Shown: positions 9,162 to 18,901, counted from the first letter of the stretch. The stretch: DNA of 64,000 nucleotides from an uncultured Alphaproteobacteria bacterium (GCA_963820805.1 CAWGBH010000004.1:3367-67366), one strand, 5' to 3'. Notes: generated from the letters alone by a model not told the origin. Program-made: numbers and translations.

Positions 9162-10352
9162 TTATTCGCGGCCGTCGATGTGTAGGTCGAAAGTGAAGAC
9201 GCCGTCTGGTGTCTTGGGTCGCCTGAGCACCTCCGGATGACGCAAAGTACGCACGGCATCGTGGTAGCCGGCGCGCCAATGCTCCTCCATGCTACGGCGG
9301 GAGAATTCGTAATCTTTCGAGTCGCCCTCATAAGTTTTTGCGCGGTAGATGAGCTGGATAATGTTGTAAGCCTTATGCTCGATCATTGGTTGCAGCACCT
9401 CCATCTCCGGGCTATTGCGCACATGCTCGGGCATGTCGGCGCTCAGCTTAGTCGCTGCATGGCGCATTCGTTGCATTCGCTTAAAGCTGCTCGTGCTGGC
9501 GCGGGTTCGGCTTGAATACATGATCTCCTTTCGGCGCGTCTCGACTTCCGCTAAGTGCCGCGGGAAATCGCCGCGTGCGCTCCACAGATCCACTTGAAAG
9601 GCAAGCGTGTCCTGCCGCGGCACGTTTTCGACAACCCATTCCAGCGGAGTGTTGGAGACGAGGCCACCATCCCAATAATGCTCGCCCTCAATCTCAACGG
9701 GAGGAAAACCGGGCGGCAGCGCGCCGCTGGCCATGACGTGCTCGGGACCGATCCGGTGCGTCTCTGTGTCGAAACAGACCAGATTGCCCGAACGCACATT
9801 GACGGCGCCGACCGTGAAGCGCACCGAGCCCGCATTAATTCGGTCGAAATCGGTGAGGCTTTCGAGAGTGGATCGCAGATTTGTCGTGTCGTAGTAGCTC
9901 GTCGCCCCGGTGCTACCACTCGGAACGAACCATGGCGTCATTGGCCGCGGGGTGAAGAATCCAGGCGCGCCCCAAACTAAAGTCATTGCAGCGTTCGCCT
10001 GGTTCATCCAGCCGCGCAGAGTGTCATTGCCTTTCGACATCGGTGCCAACAAAGCGTCGAGGCCGTGCGGGGCGACCGTGATTAGCTCCCAGAATTTCCG
10101 TAGTTGCTCGACGCGCCGCTCGGGCGCATTGCCCGCGATCAATGCGCCGTTAATCGCGCCGATAGAAATGCCGGTCACCCAATCGGGTTGCAGATCGGCC
10201 TCGACGAGCGCCTCATATACGCCGGCCTGATATGAGCCGAGTGCGCCACCACCTTGCAGCAGCAGGGCAACGCAGTCGAAAGGGGGCCGAGCCGGCGCGC
10301 GGCGTCGCTTTGCGGCCATAGCTGTGATGGCAGAAGAGCGAAGCTGTTCCAT
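9162..10352 (-). CDS. Patatin-like phospholipase
   Basis: Oxyanion motif LQGGGALG, GxSxG as GISIGA, and the catalytic DGG motif (YWDGGLVSN). Confidence 0.85.
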   Translation of the reverse strand: MEQLRSSAITAMAAKRRRAPARPPFDCVALLLQGGGALGSYQAGVYEALVEADLQPDWVTGISIGAINGALIAGNAPERRVEQLRKFWELITVAPHGLDALLAPMSKGNDTLRGWMNQANAAMTLVWGAPGFFTPRPMTPWFVPSGSTGATSYYDTTNLRSTLESLTDFDRINAGSVRFTVGAVNVRSGNLVCFDTETHRIGPEHVMASGALPPGFPPVEIEGEHYWDGGLVSNTPLEWVVENVPRQDTLAFQVDLWSARGDFPRHLAEVETRRKEIMYSSRTRASTSSFKRMQRMRHAATKLSADMPEHVRNSPEMEVLQPMIEHKAYNIIQLIYRAKTYEGDSKDYEFSRRSMEEHWRAGYHDAVRTLRHPEVLRRPKTPDGVFTFDLHIDGRE

Positions 10353-10398
10353 AATGATTTTTTCCTTTGTTGACTACGTGGGCGGCAGCGCATGCGCG

Positions 10399-13300
10399 TC
10401 AGCTGTGAGCTAGCGCAGGAACTCCGGTTGAAATAGTCGGCTGCCATTCCGAAATCGGCTTGATCCGGAACCATGCAACGTACAGCGCTGGCAGAAATAC
10501 GAGGGTAAGCAGCGTCGCGACCACGAGCCCGCCCATCACCGCATAGGCCATCGGTCCCCAGAACACAGTGGGCGCGATCGGTATCATGCCCAGAATCGCG
10601 GCGGCAGCGGTCAGCAGGATTGGTCGCAGCCTATGCTGCGTGGCTAAGATTACCGCGTTCCATGGGTGCTGGCCCGCGGTGATTTCGGTATCAATCTGGT
10701 CAATGAGGATCACCGAGTTGCGGATCACCATTCCGATCAACGAGACGACCCCGAGTATCGCAACGAATTCCATAGGTGAGCCCGAGACGAGCAGCGCGGC
10801 GGCGACACCGATGAGAGCCAGCGGCGCGGTGGCGAGCACAAGGAACAGCCGCTGAAAGCTCTGCAACTGCGCCATGAGAATCGTGACCATGATCAGGATC
10901 ATGATCGGGAAGACTGCGAATATGCTGGCCTCCGCTTTGGCACTTTCCTCGACAGTGCCACCTGCGACCACGTCATAACCTGTCGGCAGTTTCGACTTGA
11001 AAGCGGCGAGATCGGAGGAGAGCGCTTTTACAACGGTTGCCGCCTCCAGGTTCGGCGCGGTATCGGCTTGCACCGTGATGGTTGGCAGACGATGGCGGCG
11101 CCAGACGAGCGGCGGTTCGACCCCGTAAGAGAGCTTAGCGACTTGCTCAAGCGGCACCGATCGTCCACCAGGTACGCTGATCATTAAGCTGCGCAGAGTC
11201 TCCAGCTTGGCGCGCTCGTCGGGAATGGCGCGGGCGACAATGTCGATCAAATAGATATCGTCGCGCACCTGGGTGACGGTCGTGCCGGATAAGATGGCAT
11301 TTATGGTCTGACTCAATGCTTGCGAACTGATACCGAGCGCCCGAGCCCGGTCCTGATCCACCTGGACACGGATAACTTTGGACGGCTCGTTCCAATCGAA
11401 GTTAATGTTTCGGGCATTTGGAGTCTTGCGAAGCAGTGAGGCGAAGTTCTGCGCGATCTCACGGACCTTCACGGGATCCGGGCCGCTGACGCGGAATTTG
11501 AGCGGCCACCCGACCGGCGGCCCAAGCTCCAAAGGGCTGACGCGCGGTTGTACCTGTTCGAACTCGGACTGTTGCAAAGCGGCGAGGATCCGCTGTTGCA
11601 CGGCCGGGCGAATCTTGGATCCTTTCGTGACTATGACGCCTTGCGCGAAGAAGTCGTTCGCGAGCTGCTGATCAAGCGGCAGGTAGAAGCGGATAGCGCC
11701 ACTGCCGATGTAAAAGGACCAGCGTTCGATGTCCGGGTCAGTCTTAAGGACTTTCTCGAGGTCATCGACGACCTTGCGTGTTGCATTGATCGTGGAGCCT
11801 TGCGGGAGCGTCAGGTCAACGAGAAGTTCTGGACGGTCGGAGCTCGGGAAGAACTGCTGCTGCACGAACTGCATGCCGCCGAGAGCTGCGACGAACAGCA
11901 AAACGGTGGCGCCGATCACCCAGTGTCTCAGATGCAGCACGCGATCGAGCATGGTGTTGAACGCGCGCGCGAAGCGCGACGGCTCATGGCCATGCCCCTT
12001 TATCTTGTCGGGCAGGATGAAAACGCCTGTCAGGGGAGTGAACAGCACGGCCACGAACCACGATGCGGTCAACGCAATGCCCACGACCGCGAATAGCGTG
12101 AAACAGTACTCGCCGGCGCTACTAGCAGCGAACCCCACCGGGACAAATCCTGCGATGGTGACGAGCGTGCCGGTCAGCATCGGGAAGGCTGTAGATTTAT
12201 AGGCAAATGTTGCGGCCGTAACCTTGTCGCAGCCCTCTTCGAGCTTCTTGATCATCATCTCCACCGCAATCATCGCGTCGTCGACCAGAAGCCCAAGCCC
12301 GATAATGAGTGCGCCGAGCGAGATACGCTGCAGGCTCACTCCGGCAATTTTCATGGCGACGAAGGTGATCGCAAGGACCAGCGGAATCGCAATCGCGACG
12401 ACGACGCCAGGCCGCCAGCCCAGCGCAAGAAAGCTCACAGCCAATACGATAGCGATGGCCTCAATCAAGGTTTTGATGAACTCGCCTACGGCGTCTTCAA
12501 CGACTTCCGGCTGGTTGGCCACCAGATGCGATTCGATGCCCGCCGGTAGATCGGCCGTCACCTTGGCAAGGCGCTCTTTGAGGTGCTCACCGAAGGCCAA
12601 GACGTCGCCGTTCTTTCGCATCGAGACGGCGATGCCAATGGCTGAGCGGCCGTTGTATCGAAACATTGGCTGCTGTGGGTCAGCGTACCCTCGTTGCACT
12701 TTCGCGATGTCGCTCAGCCGAAAGAACCGGCCATTGAAACGGAAATTGATGGCTTGCAGGCTCTCTTCTGACGTGAACTGACCCGAGACGCGAATCGCGA
12801 TCTTTTCTGCATCTGAATCCACCGTCCCGCTCGGCTGAATCGCATTTTGCGCCTGTAGGGTCTGTATCAGCTCGGAAATGTTGAGCCCCATGGCGGCGAG
12901 CTGCTGGGTCGAGAACTCCAGATAAATTTTCTCGTCCTGGGTCCCGAGCAGGTCGATCTTGGCAACGTCGGCAACGCCGAGCAGCTCGGCTCGCACGCGC
13001 TCGGCATAGTCGCGCAGCTCCCGATGGGAGAAACCATCCGAAGTCAGCGCGAAGATGAGGGCATATGTGTCGCCGAACTCGTCGTTGAAGAAGGGACCCT
13101 GCACGCCTTGGGGCAAGGTCTGCTTGATGTCGCCGACCTTTTTTCGGACCTGGTACCAGAGATCGGGCACGTCCGAGGCGCGGGTGGAGTCCTTCAGATT
13201 GACGAACACCACGGACTCGCCGGGCTTGGTGTAACTTTTTTGATAGTCGATGTTCGGCAGCTCTTCGAGCTTCTTCTCGATGCGGTCCGTGACTTGCTGC

Positions 13301-13488
13301 ATCGTTTCCAGCGTGGTGGCGCCAGGCCAAAGCGTCTTCACCACCATGGTCTTGATGGTGAAGGGCGGATCCTCGTCACGGCCGAGCCGGCTATATTCGA
13401 AAATTCCGGCGAGCGCGACGACCAGCATCAGGTAGACGACAAAGCTCTTATGCTCCAGCGCCCAGCGGGAGAGATTGAACGTCTTCAT
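10399..13488 (-). CDS. RND efflux transporter permease (AcrB/HAE1-type, 1029 aa)
   Basis: Length, 12-TM architecture and the typical N-terminus MKTFNLSRWALEHKSFVVYLMLVVALAG...PPFTIKTMVV. Confidence 0.95.
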   Translation of the reverse strand: MKTFNLSRWALEHKSFVVYLMLVVALAGIFEYSRLGRDEDPPFTIKTMVVKTLWPGATTLETMQQVTDRIEKKLEELPNIDYQKSYTKPGESVVFVNLKDSTRASDVPDLWYQVRKKVGDIKQTLPQGVQGPFFNDEFGDTYALIFALTSDGFSHRELRDYAERVRAELLGVADVAKIDLLGTQDEKIYLEFSTQQLAAMGLNISELIQTLQAQNAIQPSGTVDSDAEKIAIRVSGQFTSEESLQAINFRFNGRFFRLSDIAKVQRGYADPQQPMFRYNGRSAIGIAVSMRKNGDVLAFGEHLKERLAKVTADLPAGIESHLVANQPEVVEDAVGEFIKTLIEAIAIVLAVSFLALGWRPGVVVAIAIPLVLAITFVAMKIAGVSLQRISLGALIIGLGLLVDDAMIAVEMMIKKLEEGCDKVTAATFAYKSTAFPMLTGTLVTIAGFVPVGFAASSAGEYCFTLFAVVGIALTASWFVAVLFTPLTGVFILPDKIKGHGHEPSRFARAFNTMLDRVLHLRHWVIGATVLLFVAALGGMQFVQQQFFPSSDRPELLVDLTLPQGSTINATRKVVDDLEKVLKTDPDIERWSFYIGSGAIRFYLPLDQQLANDFFAQGVIVTKGSKIRPAVQQRILAALQQSEFEQVQPRVSPLELGPPVGWPLKFRVSGPDPVKVREIAQNFASLLRKTPNARNINFDWNEPSKVIRVQVDQDRARALGISSQALSQTINAILSGTTVTQVRDDIYLIDIVARAIPDERAKLETLRSLMISVPGGRSVPLEQVAKLSYGVEPPLVWRRHRLPTITVQADTAPNLEAATVVKALSSDLAAFKSKLPTGYDVVAGGTVEESAKAEASIFAVFPIMILIMVTILMAQLQSFQRLFLVLATAPLALIGVAAALLVSGSPMEFVAILGVVSLIGMVIRNSVILIDQIDTEITAGQHPWNAVILATQHRLRPILLTAAAAILGMIPIAPTVFWGPMAYAVMGGLVVATLLTLVFLPALYVAWFRIKPISEWQPTISTGVPALAHS

Positions 13489-14571
13489 TTGCTGTCACTC
13501 CTGGCCAAGTTTGCGTCGGCAAGCCGCACCTTTTGCCCGACCGTCAGCTTATTCACCCCTGCTGTAACGACGATGTCTCCTTGGGCCAGGCCGGCGGCGA
13601 CGATTGCAGTATTTGCCTCATAGCGCGCAACCGTGACGGTCCTCAGACTGAGACTGCTCGATTGCTGATCGAGCACCCAGACTGCCGGTGAACCATTCTT
13701 TTCAAAAAGCGCGGAGAGTGGCAGCGCGACAGCGAGAGCGGCATTTCCCTTCAGACTGGCGCTGACACTCATGCCGAAGCGGAGCTGCGGCGGCGAGTTA
13801 TTCAACGTGACTTTGACCGTGTAGGTACGCGTCACCGGGTCGGCGACAGGAGACATTTCCCGCACCACTCCCTCGACGGTCAGATCTGGGTTTGACAGCG
13901 GCCAAACGATGACCTTGGGATGAAGTCTTGCTGATATCGGTGAGGGCCGTCTCGGCGATGTTGAAGACGCCGTCCTTGTCGTCTGGTCGCGCCAGCTTCA
14001 ACACCATCTGTCCGGCGTTTACATTCTGGCCTGCTTCGGCACCGACGGCAGTAATCACGCCGTCGAAATCGGCCCTGAGCATGGTGTAATTGAGCTGATC
14101 GCGGGTGAGGTTGAGATTGGCCTTGGCAGCTTTGAGCCGCGCTTCCGCAGCTTGCATGTTCTGAAGGGCGGTGTCGTAAGTTGCCTTCGGCGTCCAGCCA
14201 TCCTTCAAAAGCTTGGCTTGGCGCTCCTCCGTCCCCTGCGCATTGACGAGCGCTGCCTCGGCGGAACTAACGTCCGCTTCCGCTGAGCGGAGGTGATTTT
14301 GATAGTCTTGGGTGTCAAGCGTGGCCAGCGTGTCGCCTTGCTTGACCGAAGCTCCGACATCAACAAGCCGGGAAAGCACCTTGCCGGCGACACGGAATGA
14401 CAGATCGCTCTCGTAACGCGGCTTGACTTCGCCGATGGCGTGGCGGTCTTCGGCGATAGATTTGGGATCGACGACGAGTGCGCGGACCAGCTGGAGTGTC
14501 GCCGGCGCGTCTTCTGGCTTGCAGCCGGCAAGCACCAGAAACGCGAGAATAAGGAGAAAGCAGGACCGCAT
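13485..14571 (-). pseudogene. RND periplasmic adaptor (MFP), split by a net +1 frame disruption near 13.92 kb
   Basis: ORFs 13798..14571 (lipoprotein signal LAGC plus coiled-coil hairpin) and 13485..13868 (VREMSPVADPVTRTYTVKV...) are the two halves of one adaptor. PKVIVWPLSNPDLTVEG continues in the +1 frame. Confidence 0.85.
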
Positions 14572-14595
14572 GTTCGTGCTCCAACGGAGTATCTA

Positions 14596-14714
14596 ATGTT
14601 GACGCTGACAACTTCATAAGCTTGGCAAGTTGTCATTGTCAACATTTGGACCGGTTTTCGCGGGGATGGCTGATATGCATAAATGTTGACATCGCCAACT
14701 TCGTCGGCTAAATG
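14596..14714. promoter_or_regulatory. Divergent promoter/operator region: three copies of a 19-bp motif ATGTTGAC-N5-CAACTT plus the tetR promoter
   Basis: Motifs at 14596-14614, 14627-14645 (inverted) and 14683-14701. TTGACA (14686-14691)-N17-TAAATG faces tetR. On the other strand TTGACA-N17-TTATGA faces the pump operon. Confidence 0.6.
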
Positions 14715-14741
14715 TCCCGGAAATGGATGGTTTGACGAGCG

Positions 14742-15425
14742 ATGCCTAAGCACCAACCCCCAGAGCGCCCTTACCACCACGGCGACCTGCGCCGTTCAAT
14801 CGTCAAAGCGGCCCTTGAAATCCTGGGTGAAACGCAAAGTTTTGACTTTTCGCTGCGCGAACTGGCCCGGCGAGCGGGCGTCAGTCACAACGCCCCTTAC
14901 AAGCACTTTGCCGACAAGCGTGAACTATTCGCGGCGGTCTCGGCGGCAGGGTTCGAGATGCTAACGAAGCGCATGGCCCGCGAAATTGCGGGCATCGGCG
15001 ATGCTCGTAAACAGTTGTTCGCGATGCTGCGCGCCTACATTGATCAGGGAGTTGAAAACCCGGCGCTTTATAGCCTGATGTTCGGAGGCTACCTCAGCGG
15101 CCCGGATCGTGGCCGGCCTACCATCGAATTGGCGGAAGCCGAGAAGACCAAGACCATGCTTGCCGACGTTATCATTGCCGGGGGCCTCGGACGCGCCATC
15201 CCGCATATCGCCCGCAACGAACGAAAAATCGCCGGTGCGATTCTGGCGTGCTGGTCCCTCGTGCATGGACTCACGCTGCTGCTGGCGGATGGCCTCGTCG
15301 GCCCGAAGAAAAAATCTGGCGCGCTAGCTGACAGCCTAGTGCAGGGGCTCCTCGACGGACTAGCGGGTGAATTGCCGATGTTACCGCCTGGCACCTGGGT
15401 TGGCCCTCGAGTGCCTACTTCGTAG
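14742..15425 (+). CDS. TetR/AcrR-family transcriptional repressor
   Basis: N-terminal HTH FSLRELARRAGVSHNAPYKHFADKRELF. Divergent from the RND operon. Confidence 0.9.
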   Translation: MPKHQPPERPYHHGDLRRSIVKAALEILGETQSFDFSLRELARRAGVSHNAPYKHFADKRELFAAVSAAGFEMLTKRMAREIAGIGDARKQLFAMLRAYIDQGVENPALYSLMFGGYLSGPDRGRPTIELAEAEKTKTMLADVIIAGGLGRAIPHIARNERKIAGAILACWSLVHGLTLLLADGLVGPKKKSGALADSLVQGLLDGLAGELPMLPPGTWVGPRVPTS

Positions 15426-15509
15426 TCCGCGGTCGCCTTCACTTGCGGCGACCGGGTGTTCGGATCATAGGCCAATGACGGACATGCGCACTGTCGGACA
15501 TTCGCCACT

Positions 15510-16304
15510 TTATTCGACTTGGTGGCCCTGCGCCGGATGAATAGCTGTGAATGCAACTGCGCGGGGACTATTTAGCACAAACAAAGGACGATAGTTACGA
15601 GCGTCCTCAGCGGTGACGATCGCCATTGTCAGATTATCGAGGATGAGCCACTGCTGCTCGTAGAGAACCGCCACGACCGCATGCTCCGTCCGCCGTTTGT
15701 CGTCTTCTACAATGACAAGCCGGAGATCGTCGGCCTGGATGCCCAATGCGCGAAGCGCGGCATATTTCACGATGGCATAGTCCTCGCAATCGCCGCTCCC
15801 ACTGCTGAGCGTTTGAAGCGGAGACGCCCAGTAATCGGCATCACCGTATTGGGCCCAATCGCTAGCGGGCTTGACACTCATGTTGACCGCACGATTGAGC
15901 CATCCCAGCCGGGTGCGCCCCTCATGTTGTCGGCCAAGTTCAACGATCGACAAAAAGCGGCGTTCAGCCTGCGAGCATGTGCTTTCACCAGAGCGGCACG
16001 CCGCGAGCGCCCTCTCGTCAGCGGAAATGCGGGATTCAAGCTCGTTCCACTTCGCCGACATCTCTTCAGTCGGAACGCTCGTTGGATTAAATGCTCGGGG
16101 CGGCAAATTAGCGAAATTAAGTGAAGCGAGCTGTAACGGAGCAAGATCGCCCAGCCTATAGCTCAGAGCCAGGAGGCTACGTGGCGCGCTAATCTGATGC
16201 GTATTGGCGAAGGCAGCGCTGTAGCAACACGCGAAAAAGCAGACATATGCCATCCGGATTAAAGCGAACATGATTGACCACTTCACACGGCGTCGACGAA
16301 GCAA
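15510..16304 (-). CDS. Bacterial transglutaminase-like cysteine proteinase (BTLCP, LapG-like, Peptidase C93)
   Basis: Signal sequence plus Cys-His-Asp triad contexts SGSGDCEDYAIVKYAAL, TEHAVVAVLY and WLILDNL. Confidence 0.8.
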   Translation of the reverse strand: MLRRRRVKWSIMFALIRMAYVCFFACCYSAAFANTHQISAPRSLLALSYRLGDLAPLQLASLNFANLPPRAFNPTSVPTEEMSAKWNELESRISADERALAACRSGESTCSQAERRFLSIVELGRQHEGRTRLGWLNRAVNMSVKPASDWAQYGDADYWASPLQTLSSGSGDCEDYAIVKYAALRALGIQADDLRLVIVEDDKRRTEHAVVAVLYEQQWLILDNLTMAIVTAEDARNYRPLFVLNSPRAVAFTAIHPAQGHQVE

Positions 16305-16328
16305 AATCGGTGAGCCAGGATGAACATG

Positions 16329-16658
16329 TTAGCCTCCTTCAGTGCGATGAGTATTGGGCGGCCAATTGTTGGTGCGCTCGTCGTGCTGCGGTAGCTTCTG
16401 CGACGATGCTTGATCCACCGGCACATGGGGCGCGATGACCGAGTGGCAAGCGGCCGATATCACGTCTTTATTGGCGACAAGACAGCTGAATACCCGGTCA
16501 CGGTTTGGAATTGCACCCGAGCAAAATTGGAACGCATCACCAATACAGGCTTGCTTCTCTTCCAAAGTTTCAGCACTCGCGCTGACAGTGGTGCTCAATA
16601 TCCAGACGGCGCGGAGTAAGATGACGAGCGTGCGCGCAATCTTCGTTCTGGCAGCCAT
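16329..16658 (-). CDS. Small secreted cysteine-rich-repeat protein
   Basis: Signal peptide, then ACIGDAFQFCSGAIPNRDRVFSCLVANKDVISAACHSVI (C-x3-D..C..G..CL..LS..C pattern). GGAGA lies 7 nt before ATG comp. 16656-16658. Sits 24 nt upstream of the BTLCP gene. Confidence 0.55.
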   Translation of the reverse strand: MAARTKIARTLVILLRAVWILSTTVSASAETLEEKQACIGDAFQFCSGAIPNRDRVFSCLVANKDVISAACHSVIAPHVPVDQASSQKLPQHDERTNNWPPNTHRTEGG

Positions 16659-16720
16659 AATCGTATCTCCTGACATCTAGGCCGGACGCCGTGCCCGCAA
16701 CGTGCCGCAGCGAAGGCTGA

Positions 16721-16825
16721 GTGTTGACGTTGACAACTTCAATAGCGCCTAAGTTGGCGATGTCAACATTGTCGCTGGATTGTTGCGAGAATGGCTGATA
16801 TGCATAATGTTGACATCGCCAACAT
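16721..16825. promoter_or_regulatory. Second copy of the TetR-type operator/promoter module
   Basis: Motifs at 16721-16739, 16751-16769 (inverted) and 16807-16825. The 16-nt block ATGGCTGATATGCATA matches region A (14666-14681 vs 16791-16806), and motif spacing matches (31/56 vs 30/56 nt). Confidence 0.6.
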
Positions 16826-16871
16826 CGTTTGGCTAAACATGAATGACTTCAGTGCTTTGCTGGCCCTTCCG

Positions 16872-16944
16872 GGTTCGCTTTGGGTCATTAGCGGACATTG
16901 CGCTCGTCATATCTGATGTCTGCTTTACCCCCAAAAGCGGACAT
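16872..16944 (+). repeat. Composite REP/BIME-like element (A-spacer-C)
   Basis: ggttcgctttGGGTCAttagcggacat ... atgtctgctttACCCCCaaaagcggacat. Confidence 0.8.
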
Positions 16945-16988
16945 TGATCGCTGGATTTCAGTTTTGAGCGGAGAATGTTGCAACGCGT

Positions 16989-17423
16989 CTAATGAATCGT
17001 TGGCCTTGAAGGCTCCGACCCGCCCGTACCCACCGCCCGCGGATTGATCAGGTCGATCAACTCGTCTCTTTCAGTCTCGGCCGCTTTCATCGTTGCTATG
17101 GTTTGCTGGTAGGTAGTCGAATTTGAACCAAGAATGACGACGCCTCCAATAGTGGCTGCAATTGCGCCGGCCATGAGCGTGGGATCAAATCTGAGTGCTC
17201 CGAGGAAATAACCCAAAAGCCAAATGCCTCCGGCAGCGATGGTCACCTTCGAAAGCAGCATGGCCTTACGACAGCCATCTAATGTTTTGGAAAATTGGTC
17301 GATGTCGACTTCGATACGCGAGATTTGATCGCGCAGATCACCATCAACCTCCCTAGGCGTCATGATGCTCAGCGTCTTAGCGCTTGCCCCGCTGACAATG
17401 AAGTTCCAAATGGAACGAGCCAA
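16989..17423 (-). CDS. Hypothetical membrane protein
   Basis: Open frame with two predicted TM helices (VTIAAGGIWLLGYFLGAL, LMAGAIAATIGGVVILG). TTG start is uncertain; an alternative is MTPREV at about comp. 17363. Confidence 0.45.
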   Translation of the reverse strand: MARSIWNFIVSGASAKTLSIMTPREVDGDLRDQISRIEVDIDQFSKTLDGCRKAMLLSKVTIAAGGIWLLGYFLGALRFDPTLMAGAIAATIGGVVILGSNSTTYQQTIATMKAAETERDELIDLINPRAVGTGGSEPSRPTIH

Positions 17424-17545
17424 GATGTAACACTATGATGCCTTTTATGAAAGCTACGTCCGCTTCGTTGCCCTGGTGAGCGATGCCACGCTGGGCGGCG
17501 GACGTTTCGCGGGGCAAAAAGTCACATAAGTGGTGCAGCCCACCA

Positions 17546-17618
17546 ATGTCCGCTTTGGGTCATTAGCGGACATGTGCGATGCAAAAGGTCATGTCCGCAT
17601 TGCCCCCAATAACGGACT
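17546..17618 (+). repeat. Composite REP/BIME-like element (A-spacer-C)
   Basis: atgtccgctttGGGTCAttagcggacat + gtgcgatgca + atgtccgcattGCCCCCaataacggac. Confidence 0.8.
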
Positions 17619-17690
17619 TTCGCTAATCGACCACAGAAGCAGAAAGACCGCCTCGCGGCGGTCTCTCCGAAATCCAATCAGGTGTTTAGA

Positions 17691-18311
17691 TCAAGCTGTT
17701 GCTTGAGCCTTCCGCTTCCTACGCCGTGCAAGCAGGCCCAATGCGCCGAGGCCGGTGGCGAACAGTGGAAGTGCCGCCGGCAGAGGGGTCTGGGAGAGAT
17801 CACCGCCTTCCAGGGCGATACCGGTACCGACGCTTGTTTTGACCCATACATCAAACACGTCCGCGAGTGCGCCGCTGATCAAGAAAGCAAAAGTGCCACC
17901 GCCGTTATCCCATGCGGCAAACAATGCATCTTGCCCCCGCAACGGATTGTTCGAAATTGCGAAGATCAGCCCATTGCCGTCGATCGGGGCGGTCGTATCG
18001 CCACCAAAAATATCCGTACCGTGATTGTCGCGAAATCCTGTTTGACCACCGTAATTTCCATTACCACCGTCGGTCGCCAGAGTAATCAAGGTGAGATCGA
18101 AGATATTGGCACCGAAAGCAATCGTACCTGTTCCGCTAAGCGCCTGGCCTCCAACCACGTCCAGCGATACAGTGGCGGTAAATGCAGGGGGACCAAAATC
18201 GCCGCTGAAATTGTAAATCGAGTTTGCATTGGCAGCGGGGACCTCAAACGCTACGCCAACAATTACGGCAGCCGCAATCGCTAGCCTCTTCGTAAGCCCA
18301 TTAACCTGCAT
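17691..18311 (-). CDS. Secreted protein with a VPLPA-CTERM / PEP-CTERM-type C-terminal sorting signal
   Basis: Signal peptide MQVNGLTKRLAIAAAVIVGVAFEVPAANA and C-terminus TPLPAALPLFATGLGALGLLARRRKRK. The ORF upstream of Met84 only translates REP sequence. Confidence 0.6.
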   Translation of the reverse strand: MQVNGLTKRLAIAAAVIVGVAFEVPAANANSIYNFSGDFGPPAFTATVSLDVVGGQALSGTGTIAFGANIFDLTLITLATDGGNGNYGGQTGFRDNHGTDIFGGDTTAPIDGNGLIFAISNNPLRGQDALFAAWDNGGGTFAFLISGALADVFDVWVKTSVGTGIALEGGDLSQTPLPAALPLFATGLGALGLLARRRKRKAQATA

Positions 18312-18451
18312 AGTCGCTCCAATCGACAAACGCCTGAAATGCCACATTAACTGCTTAGGACGAGTGGACCGGCTCGGTCTTGTGATTTCCCGCCAACGTT
18401 TTGGCAATTGTTCCACGGCGAATGCCTCGCCAGACGCTGGAAACGCGACCG

Positions 18452-18569
18452 ATGTCCGCTTTGAGTCAAAAGCAGACATGTGCAGTGCAAAACGGCGTGT
18501 CCGCTTTAGCCCCGAAAGCGGACATGTGCAGTGCGCTAGGCGATGTCCGCTAAGTGCCAATTGCGGACC
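18452..18569 (+). repeat. Composite REP/BIME-like element (A-spacer-C-spacer-B)
   Basis: Three hairpins, with the spacer GTGCAGTGCA present twice. Confidence 0.85.
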
Positions 18570-18706
18570 TTGGGAAGTCTGCCGCTAGGCAATGACTTTG
18601 CGCCTAATTAATTCAAATTAGACTCAACTTGCCGGACGAACACGAAAACCCCCTTAAGAACGGCGGTGGTATCTGGCTGACACATTGACCCAGAGGAGTC
18701 CTCCAG

Positions 18707-18868
18707 ATGTCCAAAGTTTTCGCATTTCTGAAAAACGAGTCAGGGGCCACCGCCATCGAATACGGCCTGATCGCTGCCGGCATTTCGGTCGTGATCATCG
18801 CCACTGTAAATGCGATCGGAACCAACCTGAATGCGAAGTTCGATTCCATCTCGACCCAACTCAAGTAA
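18707..18868 (+). CDS. flp: Flp/Fap-family type IVb pilin (53 aa, not in the ORF track)
   Basis: MSKVFAFLKNESG|ATAIEYGLIAAGISVVIIATVNAIGTNLNAKFDSISTQLK has the canonical Flp motif G/ATAIEYGLIAA. GAGGAG lies about 9 nt upstream and a terminator follows. Confidence 0.8.
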   Translation: MSKVFAFLKNESGATAIEYGLIAAGISVVIIATVNAIGTNLNAKFDSISTQLK

Positions 18869-18901
18869 TCGACGCAGGTAACACGCATCTCCGCACTTGA
18901 A

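Noticed and set aside
7601-9331. The 576-aa ORF as given in the track (start at 9331)
   Set aside because: The first 61 codons overlap the 3' end of the patatin gene in another frame and look non-coding. The GGAGG RBS precedes Met62 (comp. 9146-9148).
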